Below are positions 1 to 12,750 of a DNA stretch of 64,000 bases, piece by piece (the first letter of the stretch is position 1; every line of letters begins with the position of its first letter). Both the position numbers and the translations under genes were made by a program. Source of the DNA: Eledone cirrhosa. Taxonomy: Eukaryota. The DNA lies in the NCBI GenBank assembly GCA_964016885.1, contig OZ024758.1, positions 16,058,001 to 16,122,000 on the forward strand. The letters run 5' to 3'. The notes under the pieces were generated by a model. The model was not told where the DNA came from. It saw nothing but the letters and a program-made list of their open reading frames with translations, and did no database searches.

Positions 1-318
1 GAAAATAAAAAGAGAAAGAAAAAAGAAAAAAGAAAATTCTAGTTTTTAGTTTAGAAAACAACCTTGTTATTTTTAGTCAAAGAGAAAACAAAAATATGAT
101 TCGAAAAGAGCTGAAATGAAGAGATAGTGTTATTGTAAGTGTCTGAAAACAGAAACATAACAATAAAAAACATTTTAAAGTAACCTATGGTATGAAACAA
201 CAATGTTTGAAAAACATTTTAGAGAGAACAAAACTGATATGAAGAAACAAAATACAAAATATATTTACGAACTGAATTTTGGTGGGGTAAACTTTCTATT
301 GTGAACAATAATATTGCG

Positions 319-386
<68 letters not shown>

Positions 387-451
387 GTTCTGTCTGTCTC
401 TCTCTCTCTCTCTGTCTGTCTGTCTTGGCCGTCCGTCTGTCCATCCGCTTG

Positions 452-495
<44 letters not shown>

Positions 496-537
496 CTGCT
501 CTGTCTGTCTGTCTCTCTCTTTCTCTCTCTCTCCTGT

Positions 538-624
<87 letters not shown>

Positions 625-680
625 GTTCTGCTCTGTCTGTCTGTCTCTCTCTTTCTCTTTTCTGTCTGTTCGTCTGTATG

Positions 681-729
<49 letters not shown>

Positions 730-866
730 CCACACATGTACGCGCGCGCGCGCCTGCACACATACACACACACACACACAATATATATAAATATATATGT
801 ATATGTATATAGAAGATGGTGAGGGCAGAATAAGAACAAAGGGGAGACACACAAAATAAAAACCTA

Positions 867-909
867 GTCACTGAGGAGGTCAGAGAATGTGTGGCGAAAG
901 AGCTTTGAC
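867..909 (+). ncRNA. Hammerhead ribozyme-like motif, family A (element ~811-1033)
   Basis: gtca-CTGAGGA-g-gtca..tggc-GAAA-gagc-TT-tgac. Confidence 0.65.
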
Positions 910-2292
910 AATATATAAACAACCTTCCGGTTATCGAACCAGCCAACCAGCCGGAAATTTATAATAAATTGAAGTGAAAACCAACAGATGCGTGTGTTAC
1001 TATTGGCAACATGACCTTCCCAACGTATAACAATATATGCATATATATATATATACGTATATAAATCAGTATATAGAGGAAGTTCACATAGAGGTATGTG
1101 TTTAATTATAGGGGTTAAAAAACCACCGGAGTGAAGAACATATTGTCTACGAAAGGAAAGGTGAATACAGATCAATTAAAAGAATAAATTAAAGTGTACT
1201 AAACATCCAATAATAACTATAACACCTGGACATGTTCAAATTAGAGAATGTTTCACCACAAAAAGTAAAGATTCCATATTGTAGAGGGCTCGTCGGCAGG
1301 TGGACTATAATATGATCCGCACTTCTAAAAATATATCAGATAAATAAGAAAGCACGCATTGTCTAGAGAAAAGACATACGCGTTATATAGCCCATGGTGG
1401 TGTGAATGGACCAAAAGACCACTAAAAACAACAGCTCAGAACCATTCAACTTAAGAAGCTCTACTTACATATAGAAATGAATTAGGAGCCAATATATGAA
1501 ATTAAAAAATGTAGTTAAAGACTTCCATTAATCTCCTATAATTTAATTGTTTCTACTTTTGGCACAAGGCCAGCAATTACCCAGAGCATTACTGGTACTT
1601 TATTTTATCGACCCCATAAGGATGAAAGGCAAAGTTAACCTTACATGTCAACACAAGAGCAAGAATGAAGGGTTCATTCTACTGACATGGCTTTAAAAAT
1701 GAGGCTTGTTTGCATAATTGCAAACGGATCGAATGTTATTATTAATATTCGAAAAATTCAGATTACATTTATTATATATATGCGCAAAACAGTGGGATTT
1801 GTTTAATCGATAATTCAAGATCTCGAAGCAAACTGCAAAACCTCTTGATGGGAGTCCAGATGAGAAATATTTTTAAACTGTCACCACCAGTAGAAGTTCC
1901 CCTTGAAAATACATTAAAAACTCCCAGACTTCCCAATCCATAGGAATATACGGTTGGAAACTGCCCCTAAAAAAGCATAACCGTAGTTGAGTATTTGCTT
2001 TTCTTGACTTGAATACAACAATCACAGAGTTATCCCTCTTTACGAAGCACAAAACTCTAGTGACAGACGCTTTTCATTCTGCAACAAATCTGATCACATG
2101 ATCATCTTTAACCAATCTTACAAATGCACACGATATCTTCCGCCATCTTTCGCAATTCTCCGCCATTATCTGCCACACATCGTAAATCTCGTTAACAATG
2201 CTGTGAATTCTCTGACAGATTTCCAATATAGTGTAGTTTATGTAATAAGTGCATTTTTCTTCCATTTGGTAACATGTACGCACACATATACA

Positions 2293-2359
<67 letters not shown>

Positions 2360-2451
2360 GTATTTGTATGAAGATATATGTATATATATGTAAATATGTT
2401 ATATATATGTATATATATATATATATGTATATACATATATATATATATACA

Positions 2452-2601
2452 CAGCTATTTCTGGACTGAGTCCAGAAATAGCATCCGGCTTGAGCTCTGC
2501 CGTCGAGTCATACTTTTTCCTATTTCCCACTCTACTACCCTAAGTATTGAGTACTCTGGTACGTTATGGTCCATTTGGTTCCTTACCACATTTCCTTTGT
2601 T
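2452..2601 (+). mobile_element. Family I 3' fragment with a 5' hairpin (a further mini-copy lies at 5400-5473)
   Basis: Reverse complement of 8043-8160. It begins with the hairpin gctatttctggac-tga-gtccagaaatagc. Confidence 0.75.
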
Positions 2602-2674
2602 ATATATACACATACATTCACACACATACATTTATATACATATATATGCTCTTATATAAATTTCTTTTCTCTGC

Positions 2675-2710
<36 letters not shown>

Positions 2711-2885
2711 GCATATTCAGGCGTATATATATATATATATATATATACGCATATTCAGGCGTATGCATATCTAAATTACACAAACACACACCCAACACAA
2801 CCTACACACACACACACACATGTATATATATATATATATATTGAAGAAAATATCTAAGAAACCAAAGCCCCTTCCCCCGCACCAA

Positions 2886-2924
<39 letters not shown>

Positions 2925-3234
2925 AGCAACAACAAAACAATCAAAACTAGAAAAGCCTTGTTCCTTAATCCTATTGGCCTTTTCTGTGTCATAAATAATA
3001 TTGAATAGTGATATGAAATAGAAGGAACTAAAACAAAAGAAAAAAAAAAGACTCTCGAACTAAGCATTTGTTCGGCTTGTCTGTTGATCGTTCATTACTA
3101 AAGCAAAACTTATTGAAGTTCATCGTGATTCTGAGAGATTTAATTATGTAGTGTATATGTTATAGTAATCCATCAGTTCAAAGAACAAATAAAGGAGAGA
3201 ATAACGGAATAACGGAATAACGATATAAATCAAA

Positions 3235-3284
<50 letters not shown>

Positions 3285-3291
3285 ATTTGTG

Positions 3292-3383
<92 letters not shown>

Positions 3384-3393
3384 TGTGTGTGTG

Positions 3394-3450
<57 letters not shown>

Positions 3451-3521
3451 ATATACAGAGATTTGTATATATATATATATACGGATATGTATATATATAT
3501 GTGTATGTATATATATGTATG

Positions 3522-3593
<72 letters not shown>

Positions 3594-4082
3594 TAAAAGG
3601 AAGTCAAAACTAACCAGTAATTGTGTGTTTGGTAGTAACATATGAGAGCAACTATTATAGTCAGGAAATTATATCGGATCAATCATCAAACTGAACATCA
3701 GTCGAACAATCAAAGTAAACGATACAAAACAAAATTAACAGATTGCTTTAAACAGAATGCAGTAAAAACAAAACAAAGGGCGGCCCTTAACTCTTGATGG
3801 AATCGTAGGGACGCCATCAAGACAAAGTGCATGTCTTGGTCATTTTACACCTGGTGGTGCTTATTCCTTTAAATAATTGTTTCTACTTTTGGCACAAGGC
3901 CAGCAATTACCCCAGTGTATTACTGGTACTTTATTTTATCGACTCCGTCGGGATTTGAACTCAGACCATAAAGAACCGTAACTCTTTGCGACAAAGCATG
4001 GCGTCCGACCCTCTACCGATACTGCCAATCCACCGCCCTATTACTTTAAATAATGGGATTTTATTATTAAGGATTTTTATTA

Positions 4083-4273
4083 AGGGCGGTGGATTGGCAG
4101 TATCGGTAGAGGGTCGGATGCCATATTTTCTAGCATAGAGTTACGCGCCTTTACGGACAGTTCAAATCACACCGAGATTAAATTTGCCTTTCATCCTTAC
4201 TGGGTCGATAAAATGAAGTACCAGTAATGTAATGAGAAATTGCTGGCCTTGTGCCAAAAGTAGAAACAATTAT
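4083..4273 (+). mobile_element. tRNA-derived SINE (representative copy), head-to-head with a minus copy at 3873-4037
   Basis: A-box-like TGGCAGTATCGG, B-box-like GTTCAAATC, conserved body gcctttcatccttacggggtcgataaaataaagtaccag, 3' end agaaacaattatt. Confidence 0.85.
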
Positions 4274-4329
4274 TTGCTAGAGAATCTTCTACATTAGAAT
4301 ACAGTACAATTTCTCATTAATGTTAAAGT

Positions 4330-4960
4330 AATTCCACCGCTACTAGTAACCTTCTGTTACTAGTGGTGATGAAAGATTGGAGTGCCCGAAATAACCGAAT
4401 ATTTTTGGCTTCCGGTTAAGTGACGTCATAGACTACCTTTTAGTTTTGTGATCCAATGAAGTATGAGATCGCTTTATAAACGATGTTATTGTAGAACCTT
4501 CATATACTTGTTCCTTGAAACGCCAGACGAATTTGGACAAGGATATAGGGTTTTCCTTTTTTTGATCTTAATGAGTGTAGATGCTGGTAGTAACGATTTT
4601 TGAAAGTATTCGCACGTAGTCTCGTTTATGTAATTATTCTCGACACCATCCAAGGATGTTGAAAGGGACTCAGTATATCACTATTCTAGAAAGCGACAGT
4701 TAGTTCTACGCTGGCTGTTGTGGTGGGGCTATGTGGCTGTTTATTTTCGTTTGTAGTATGTGATCTGGAAAGCTATGTTGTCTAGACAGGGATAGATGAC
4801 TTTAATGTCAGGACTGTTGAAAAGTTTATTGTATTTGTCTGTAGGCGCGACTAGTTGTCTTACTAAAAGTTAAATCTCTGAAGGTAACAATAGTAACGCA
4901 CCAGGTGTTATTTTGATAAAACTTTGTTATTTTAATTATAAACTTTTTCGTTTTATCTTT
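4330..4960 (-). pseudogene. Decayed Penelope-like element ORF (RT thumb/linker plus C-terminal GIY-YIG endonuclease)
   Basis: With frameshifts the minus strand reads KYNKLFNSPDIKVIYPCLDNIAFQI ... VIY..TSLDGVENNYI ... ANTFKNRYYQHLHSLRS ... NPISLSKFVWRFKEQ. This follows the PLE pattern (KIFN..VKVSYSCMPNI; VIY-YIG; TFK.RY..H..SF; LSKYIW.LK). Confidence 0.75.
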
Positions 4961-5112
4961 AAATCAAGGTCGATTTTTCTTCCTCCCTCTGGTTCCGATA
5001 CAATAAGTACTAGTGAAGCGTTAGTCGATTTAATCGACTATAATTCTCTATTATAAAGATGTGATTTTCTACCAAATAGCAATCAACACATATTATTGTT
5101 AATATATATTAA

Positions 5113-5349
5113 AATAATGGTTTCTGAATTAGGTACAAGGCCAGCAATAAAGAGAAGAAGGAGAAAATCGATTAAGGGAAGGAGAAACTGCATTACTGGT
5201 ACTTTATTTTATCGACTCTGTAAGGATGAAAGACAAAGTTAACCTCGGCGGGATTTGAACTCAAATCATAAAGGGCCGTAACTCTATGCTGCAAAGCAGG
5301 GTGTCCGACCCTCTACCGACACTGCCCCCCCCTCTCTCTCTTCTCCCCC

Positions 5350-5388
<39 letters not shown>

Positions 5389-5877
5389 ATATATATATAA
5401 CGAAGGAGTTGTGTTTAAAAATAGCCGTCGAAACGGCTTGAGCTCTGCCGTCGGGGTCATACTTTTTCCTATTATACATATATATATATTAAAATAATTG
5501 TTTCTACTTTTGGCACAAGGCCAGAAATTATCCCAGTGCATTACTGGTACTTTATTTTATCGACCCCGTAAGGATGAAAGGCAAAGTTAACCTCGGCGGG
5601 ATTTGAACTCAGATGATAAAGAGTCGTAACTCTATGCTGCAAAGCATGGCGTCCAGCCCGCTACCGATACTGCCAATCCACCGCTCATTATATATTAAAA
5701 TAATTGTTTCTACTTTAGGCACAAGGCCAGCAATTACCCAGTGCATTACTGGTACTTTATTTTATCGACCCCGTAAGGATGAAAGGCAAAGTCAACCTCG
5801 GCGGGATTTGAACTTAGATCGTAAAGGGACGTAACTATGCTGGAAAGCATGGCGTCCGACCCTCCAGCGATACTGCT
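5113..5877 (-). mobile_element. Cluster of three SINE copies (5113-5325, 5494-5683, 5700-5877)
   Basis: Reverse complements of the same SINE consensus. Confidence 0.85.
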
Positions 5878-6505
5878 AAAATAATTGTTTCTAAAATAAT
5901 AAGACCAGATCATTGACACACTACTTCCCTCGTAACAATTGTTAATCAAATGCTATCGATTACTTCTTTAGTTACATTATACAACACACTTTGATATATC
6001 GCGACACCCATGACTGAAACACCACTGTTGACAAATTTCTTCGCAAATTGTTCTACAAAAAGAATTAACCGGTTTTTTCTTCTTTTATACATGAAACGAT
6101 TACGTGATTGGATTGAAAAAAAAAGAAAAAAATAAGAAAAAGAAAAAAAATAATAGAAAAAAATAAGAAAAAGAAAAGAAATAAGAGAAAGAAAAAGAAA
6201 TAAGAAAAAAAAATGAGAAAAAGAAAAGAAATAAGAGTAAGAAAAAGAAAAGAAATAAGAGAAAGAAAAAGAAATAACTTTACTTACTGGTTGCTCAATT
6301 TGCTATCTGATCCATAATTCAATACATTGTGAGCGTTCAAAAGAGGCATCATGTCTTTTCAGCTCATTTTTTTCTTTGGAATTAACGATATATCACTTCT
6401 GCTATTTGATCCAAACCTCAATCAATTTTAATGTTTCCAAGAGGCCATTTTTTTTTTAGCTACCCCCTCCTATCACTTTCTCACTCACTTTTTGTCTCCC
6501 CCCCC

Positions 6506-6536
<31 letters not shown>

Positions 6537-6566
6537 TCTCTCTTTCTATCTTTCTACATGCTTACG

Positions 6567-6643
<77 letters not shown>

Positions 6644-7169
6644 CTTTGGTAGCCATTATATCCCCCGTGACATCTTATCCACAATTCAATAAACGCTGGC
6701 GCTCCAAAGAGACATTCTATCTATCCATCTTCCTTTCTTTTTGACATAAATGATATCCTTTCTACAAACTTCCCATTTCTTCTATTTAGATACTGATGAT
6801 ATTTTACATTCATTTTCTCTCCAATCTATTTCAGGCGAAAGCTAGTTTTCACATCTCTCTCCTTACTTTCACATACTTTATCAAATAACATTTTCGCATC
6901 AGTCAATTAACGGGGGTTGTTATGATATAACAGAAGCGAGACAGCCAAATATTTAAGCTATTAGGTTTATCTGCCCAAAGGGTCATATGTTGAAATCTGC
7001 ACAGCCCCGGTTTCGTTGCGTTGAGTCACATATTTTACTTGATACTGGCTCAGTTCAGATCTGTCAACTCTCCTCGTCCCACGAGGAGATTTTCCACCCA
7101 CTTTGCGGTGGACGAGAGATATGTTCTCATCAGTTATTTAACGAGGGTTGTTATGATATAACAGAAACG

Positions 7170-7213
<44 letters not shown>

Positions 7214-7233
7214 GCGCGTCTATATGTGAGAAC

Positions 7234-7325
7234 ACATATCTGAGGAGCTTCCGATTCCAAAGCCAGGATCGAACATTAATTGATCGTTCCTCGAGCTGAT
7301 CGACAGTGAAACATATGTAATATGT
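7234..7325 (+). ncRNA. Type I hammerhead ribozyme motif, family B
   Basis: acatat-CTGAGGA-gct...agt-GAAA-catatg-TA-atatgt: 6-bp stem I, palindromic stem III, GUA site. Confidence 0.85.
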
Positions 7326-7368
7326 AATTAAATATGTTTATGATGCAACACTGATTCTTTATTCCCTT

Positions 7369-7429
<61 letters not shown>

Positions 7430-7441
7430 TATAATATATAT

Positions 7442-7482
<41 letters not shown>

Positions 7483-7713
7483 ATAGGCAGGGTTAATAAC
7501 ACATACATATTATGTGTGAGTATATATATAAATATATATATATATATGTAGGAGGTGAGTTTTATTGTAGTACAATAAAGCAATGCAGATATCGGATAAG
7601 TAGCACTCTACAGTTTGTAGGACTGGAGTATAAATAATATATAAGATCAAAAGATGGTTGATTTAAAAGTGAACTAATCACAAGTGTTTTTTAACCTTCA
7701 TATCATGTCTCCC

Positions 7714-7784
7714 TATTTTATCTGACGAAAACGCAAATGTCATCGCATGATGATATTTGTTTTTGAAATGCTCATAATAAAATA
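7714..7784 (+). ncRNA. Type I hammerhead motif, family C (element 7548-7821 with an inverted 3' end on the left)
   Basis: tattttat-CTGACGA-aaac...gttttt-GAAA-tgctca-TA-ataaaata: 8-bp stem I. Confidence 0.85.
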
Positions 7785-7814
7785 CATGGAACTCTTTTAA
7801 CCATCTTTTGATCT

Positions 7815-7908
<94 letters not shown>

Positions 7909-8001
7909 ACTAGAAATTGATTAACATATAAATAAACATATGAAACAATCACAGGGGATAATTTTTACAAGTGTGCAAGCACACATGATTTATCTTAATT
8001 T

Positions 8002-8042
<41 letters not shown>

Positions 8043-8044
<2 letters not shown>

Positions 8045-8236
8045 CGAAGGAAATGTGGTAAGGAACCAGGTGGACCATAACGCACCAAAGTACTCAATAC
8101 TTAGGGTAGTAGAGTGGGTAATAGGAACAAGTAAGACCCCGACGGCTGAGCTCAAGCCGTTTCGACGGCTAATTATGGGCTGAATTAGCCGTCGAAACGG
8201 CTTGAGCTCAGCCGTCGGCGTCTTACTTGTTCCTAT
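8043..8236. mobile_element. Family I fold-back element retaining only the 3' half of the hammerhead
   Basis: Inverted arms 8121-8174 / 8183-8236, left tail 8043-8120, inside (TA)n. Confidence 0.85.
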
Positions 8237-9293
8237 ATATATATATATATGTGTGTGTGTGTCTGTGTGTGTATGTACACACACGCAAACAGTCAGAAGA
8301 TAATTTTCATTCAATAGTGATTATTTAAGCTAGGAAAGAGGGATTCTCTCTTCCCCCCTCTTAATTTCCATTATGGAAGCCTCAGTAGAATGGTGCTGAA
8401 GATAATGGTATAAGGGTATCGACCAGTTCTTACAAATGATATATATTCCATGGTCAGCCTGATCTATGGCGGCCAAACACTGACTATAATGATGTATGTG
8501 ATACATGAATAATTTATTCCTTTATTCTTGTCAACGAAACACATGCAATATGATAGTTGAGAAAACCAGGAGAGTTTTGTTAGGGATGGTGGTGGTGGGT
8601 GGTGGTGGTGGAGGTGGTGGAGGTGAAGGTGGTGGAGAGTTTTGTTAGGGAAGGTGGTGGTGGTGGTGAGTGGTGGGTGGCGGTGGTGAAGGTGGGGAGA
8701 GTTTTGTTAGGGATGGTGGTGGTGGTGGTGGTGTTGGTGGTGGTGGTGGCTGGTGGTGGTGGAGAAGAGTTTTGTTAGGGATGGTGGTGGTGGTGGTAGT
8801 GGTGGTAGTGGTGGTAGTGGATGATGGTGGTGGTGTGGTGGGGGTGTAGTGGTTGTGGTGGTGTTTGTGGAGGAAGTGGTGATGATGTTGGTGTTGTTGT
8901 TGGTAGTAGTGGTTGTGGTGGTGCTGGTGGTGGTGATGGTGGCGGTGGAGGTAGCGGTGGTGGTGTTGGTGATGATGGTGGTGGTGTTGGTTGTAGAGGT
9001 GGTAACGGCGGGGCTGGCGGTGATATTGTTGGTGTTGTTGTTGATGGTGGTACCGGTCCCGGCGGCGGTATTGGATGGAATTACATGAATGCAAACAAAC
9101 GCACGTGGTTAATCATACACAGACACACATACAAACAAAAACATGTACATATGCGTGCAAACACAAGCATACGAACACACACACACACACACACACGTTC
9201 CACATTAACACACAAAATGTTTACGTAGGGAGAGATGGATTAAAAGATAGATAGATAAATACAGAGATAGGCACCCATGTGTGTGTATACACA

Positions 9294-9356
<63 letters not shown>

Positions 9357-9472
9357 TACTTCAAAATATTAATAAATATAGACATTCATGTGATCAAATA
9401 TATTCTATTATACATATTTCAGAGGTACTGAGCTATTTCAACAGTACGTCCTCATAATCCCACACACTTTTC

Positions 9473-9504
9473 ACCTGAAGAAGGGATTATGCCCGAAACG
9501 TCGT
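9473..9504 (+). ncRNA. Minimal hammerhead-like motif, family D (element ~9420-9594)
   Basis: ac-CTGAAGA-a-ggg[attatg]ccc-GAAA-cg-TC-gt. Stem I is only 2 bp. Followed by AATAAA and (TA)n. Confidence 0.6.
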
Positions 9505-9589
9505 TCCCCACCACCACCCCACTCTCAAGAGCGTGACATTAATAAACCTTTCTTTGTACTGCCTCTCTGTTTTGTTCCCGTTCAATTTT

Positions 9590-9661
<72 letters not shown>

Positions 9662-9795
9662 TACACACATATGGGTTTCTATCTTTGTATTTATCTATCT
9701 ATCTTTTATTCCACCTCTCTCTCTCTCTCTCTCTCTCTCTCCTTCTCTCTGCCTCTCTCTCTCTCTTTCTATATATATATATATATGTGTGTAAG

Positions 9796-9826
<31 letters not shown>

Positions 9827-9850
9827 GGTGGTGGTATATATATATGTATA

Positions 9851-9904
<54 letters not shown>

Positions 9905-10269
9905 GTTTCTTTTATGATTCTCTCGCTGTTTGTTTACCTTCATTCCTCCATAATGTCTCTAATGCTTTCACCTTTTATCACACCACAGAGTCTAACTAAA
10001 TGATAGACCTTCAATATTCTTAGCGATGTAATACTTTGTATTGTTTGTTATAAGTAAGTTCATGTCCCCGAGCTGCGCAGATTAATGCTTCAAGGCCTGG
10101 GTTTTGCATCCACCCACATGCCCCTTAACATAATGACAATAAGCGTTTCTAATTTAGACACAAGGCCAACAATTTTGGGGGAGGGGAAAGTCAATTAAAT
10201 CGACCCCAGTACTTTATTTTATCGACCCCGTAAGGATGAAAGGTAAAGTTAACCTCGGCGGGATTTGAA

Positions 10270-10380
<111 letters not shown>

Positions 10381-10382
10381 CA

Positions 10383-10569
10383 TACGAGGATCGGCTGAGA
10401 AGTTCATTGCCTGACCAAGATACTCTCATGGAATGACTAAATGTGGTTTATTTTTTAACATAGTCCCTAGAAAGAAACAAGAAGAGTTGAAATTAATGCA
10501 TACAAGATTTCACAGTTCTAGCATCACTCCTTCATAGTCAACCTATGAACTTTCCAGCCTACTTTCGTA
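10383..10569. mobile_element. Mariner-type MITE (fragment also at ~14450-14540)
   Basis: Imperfect TIRs tacgaggatcggctgagaagttca / tgaactttccagcctactttcgta with TA ends. Confidence 0.7.
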
Positions 10570-11584
10570 GATTTGACCGTAAAAAAAACACCAAAAAAAC
10601 AAATACAAAAAAAAATGGAACATTCTATGTCCTTTCTATAACACTTGCATTGCAGAGTGGAAAAAAACTATTAAATCGTTCCAAGGAAAAATTTATGTAC
10701 GGCTCTAGAAAGCATAGGAATTAATTCTATATAAAATATATTTCTATCCTTTCTCTAAAATAATTTACAACACCCTAGAGCATATAATTTCTTCAAAATA
10801 ATTTATAGTTCCCTAGAGGATGTCATTTCTTTAGAATAGTTTATAACTCTCCAGAGAATATAATTAAAACATATTTCAGAGAAACTCCAGAGTTATATTC
10901 ATAAGTAGGATAAATTAATTAAATCAATGTGGTAGATAAAAAACACAACTATATCATTGAATGGTACCTTGAATAAAGCTTCGTGTAATTACTTTGTGAT
11001 CACAATGATAAAGCAGTCGTTAATGGTCGACAAAACAATAAAAACAAAAAAGAATAAAAAATGGAAAAAAAAATCAATATATTGCAAGACATTTGATGTA
11101 CCGGCATTGGTACACAATTTTAGACAATTGATTAGTTCTTCTTCTTTTTAGTTACTTGCGAAAATTCGTTAATTTGATTATATAACAAAAACAAAAACAA
11201 AGACGAAAAAAAAACATCCCTTCCAGCACCCCTCCCCCAATAACCCCCCCCTCCGGAAAAACAAAAACAAAAAACACCCCTCCCTCCCAGAAAAAAACAA
11301 AACAAAAACAACCCCCTCAAAGCACCCCTCCCGCGAACCCCCCCTAGAAAAAACAAAAGCAACCTCCCTCGCTGCAGCATAAAACGACGCCCCCCCCCGC
11401 AGGATAAAACGATACCTACTCAAGAAAAATCCATAGCAACAGCAACAACAACAACAAGAAAAAAAAGAAAGCAAAGAAGATGGTGTCCACTTTATGGAGT
11501 ATTTTCACATCAGTAGCGGAGTGTACCTCAATATAACACATGTAAATAAACAACTCCCCTCACCTCCTCAAACATCAGTAAAAT

Positions 11585-12750
11585 GCTATTGTTTTATGAT
11601 GTAGAGCTTATAAAGTCTAACTTCTATTCGTACAAAGGACACATGGCATGAAAACATCGAAGGAAAGAATTGTTTTATGATGTAGAAAATATAATTGTTT
11701 CTACTATTGGCACAAGGCCAGCAATTACCCAGTACATTACTGGTACTTTATTTTATCGACCCCGTAAGGTAAAGTTAACTTCGGCAGGATTTGAACTCAG
11801 AACATAGAGGGACGTAACTCTTTGCTGCAAAGCATAGCGTCAGACCCTCTACCGATACTGCCAATCCACTTATAAAGTCTAACTTCTATTCGTATGAAGG
11901 ACACATGGCATGAAAAATGGAAGGAGAGAATTGTTTTATGATGTAGAACTTATAATTGTTTCTACTATTGCCACAATGCCAGCAATTATCCCAGTACATT
12001 ACTAGTACTTTATTTTATCGACGCCGTAAGGACGAAAGGCAAAGTTAACCTCGGCGGGATTTGAACTCAGACCATAAAGGGACGTAACTCTTTGCTGCAA
12101 AGCATGGCGTCAGACCCTCTACCGATACTGTCAATCCACTTATAATGTCTAACTTCTATTCGTATGAAGGACACATGGCATGGAAAATGGAAGGAGAGAA
12201 TTGTTTTATAATGTAAAAATTATAATGTCTAACTTCTATTCGTATAAAGGACACATGGCATGAAAATGGAAGGAGAGAATTGTTTTATAATGTAAAAATT
12301 ATAATGTCTAACTTCTATTCGTATAAAGGACACATGGCATGAAAAATGGAAGGAGAGAATTGTTTTATAATGTAAAAATTATAATGTCTAACTTCTATTC
12401 GTATAAAGGACACATGGCATGAAAAATGGAAGGAGAGAATTGTTTTATGATATAGAACTTATAATGTCTAACTTCTATTCGTATAAAGGACACATGGCAT
12501 GAAAAATGGAAGGAGAGAATTGTTTTATAATGTAAAAATTATAATGTTTAACTTCTATTCGTATAAAGGACACATGGCATGGAAAATGGAAGGAGAGAAT
12601 TATTTTATAATGTAAAAATTATAATGTCTAACTTCTATTCGTATAAAGGACACATGGCATGAAAAATGGAAGGAGAGAATTGTTTTATGATATAGAACTT
12701 ATAATGTCTAACTTCTATTCGTATAAAGGACATAGGACATGAAAAATCGA
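11585..12750. repeat. Composite tandem array: two (80-bp unit + SINE) repeats followed by ~7.5 copies of the bare 80-bp unit
   Basis: Unit ataatgtctaacttctattcgtataaaggacacatggcatgaaaaatggaaggagagaattgttttataatgtaaaaatt recurs at 12301, 12381, 12461, 12541, 12621, 12701. SINEs at 11692-11869 and 11952-12139. Confidence 0.9.

Noticed and set aside
2074-2283. 69-aa minus-strand ORF (WQIMAENCERWRK) as a host exon
   Set aside because: It more likely resembles a decayed RTE C-terminus and is too weak to call either way.
4083-4175. tRNA gene
   Set aside because: A/B boxes are present but no cloverleaf; it is the head of a high-copy SINE.
6793-6850. CTGATGA...GAAAGCTA
   Set aside because: Stems I and II do not pair and it is not in element context; probably chance.
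8580-9228. Gly-rich / His-Pro-rich ORFs
   Set aside because: Degenerate (GGT)n trinucleotide repeat with no splice or homology support.
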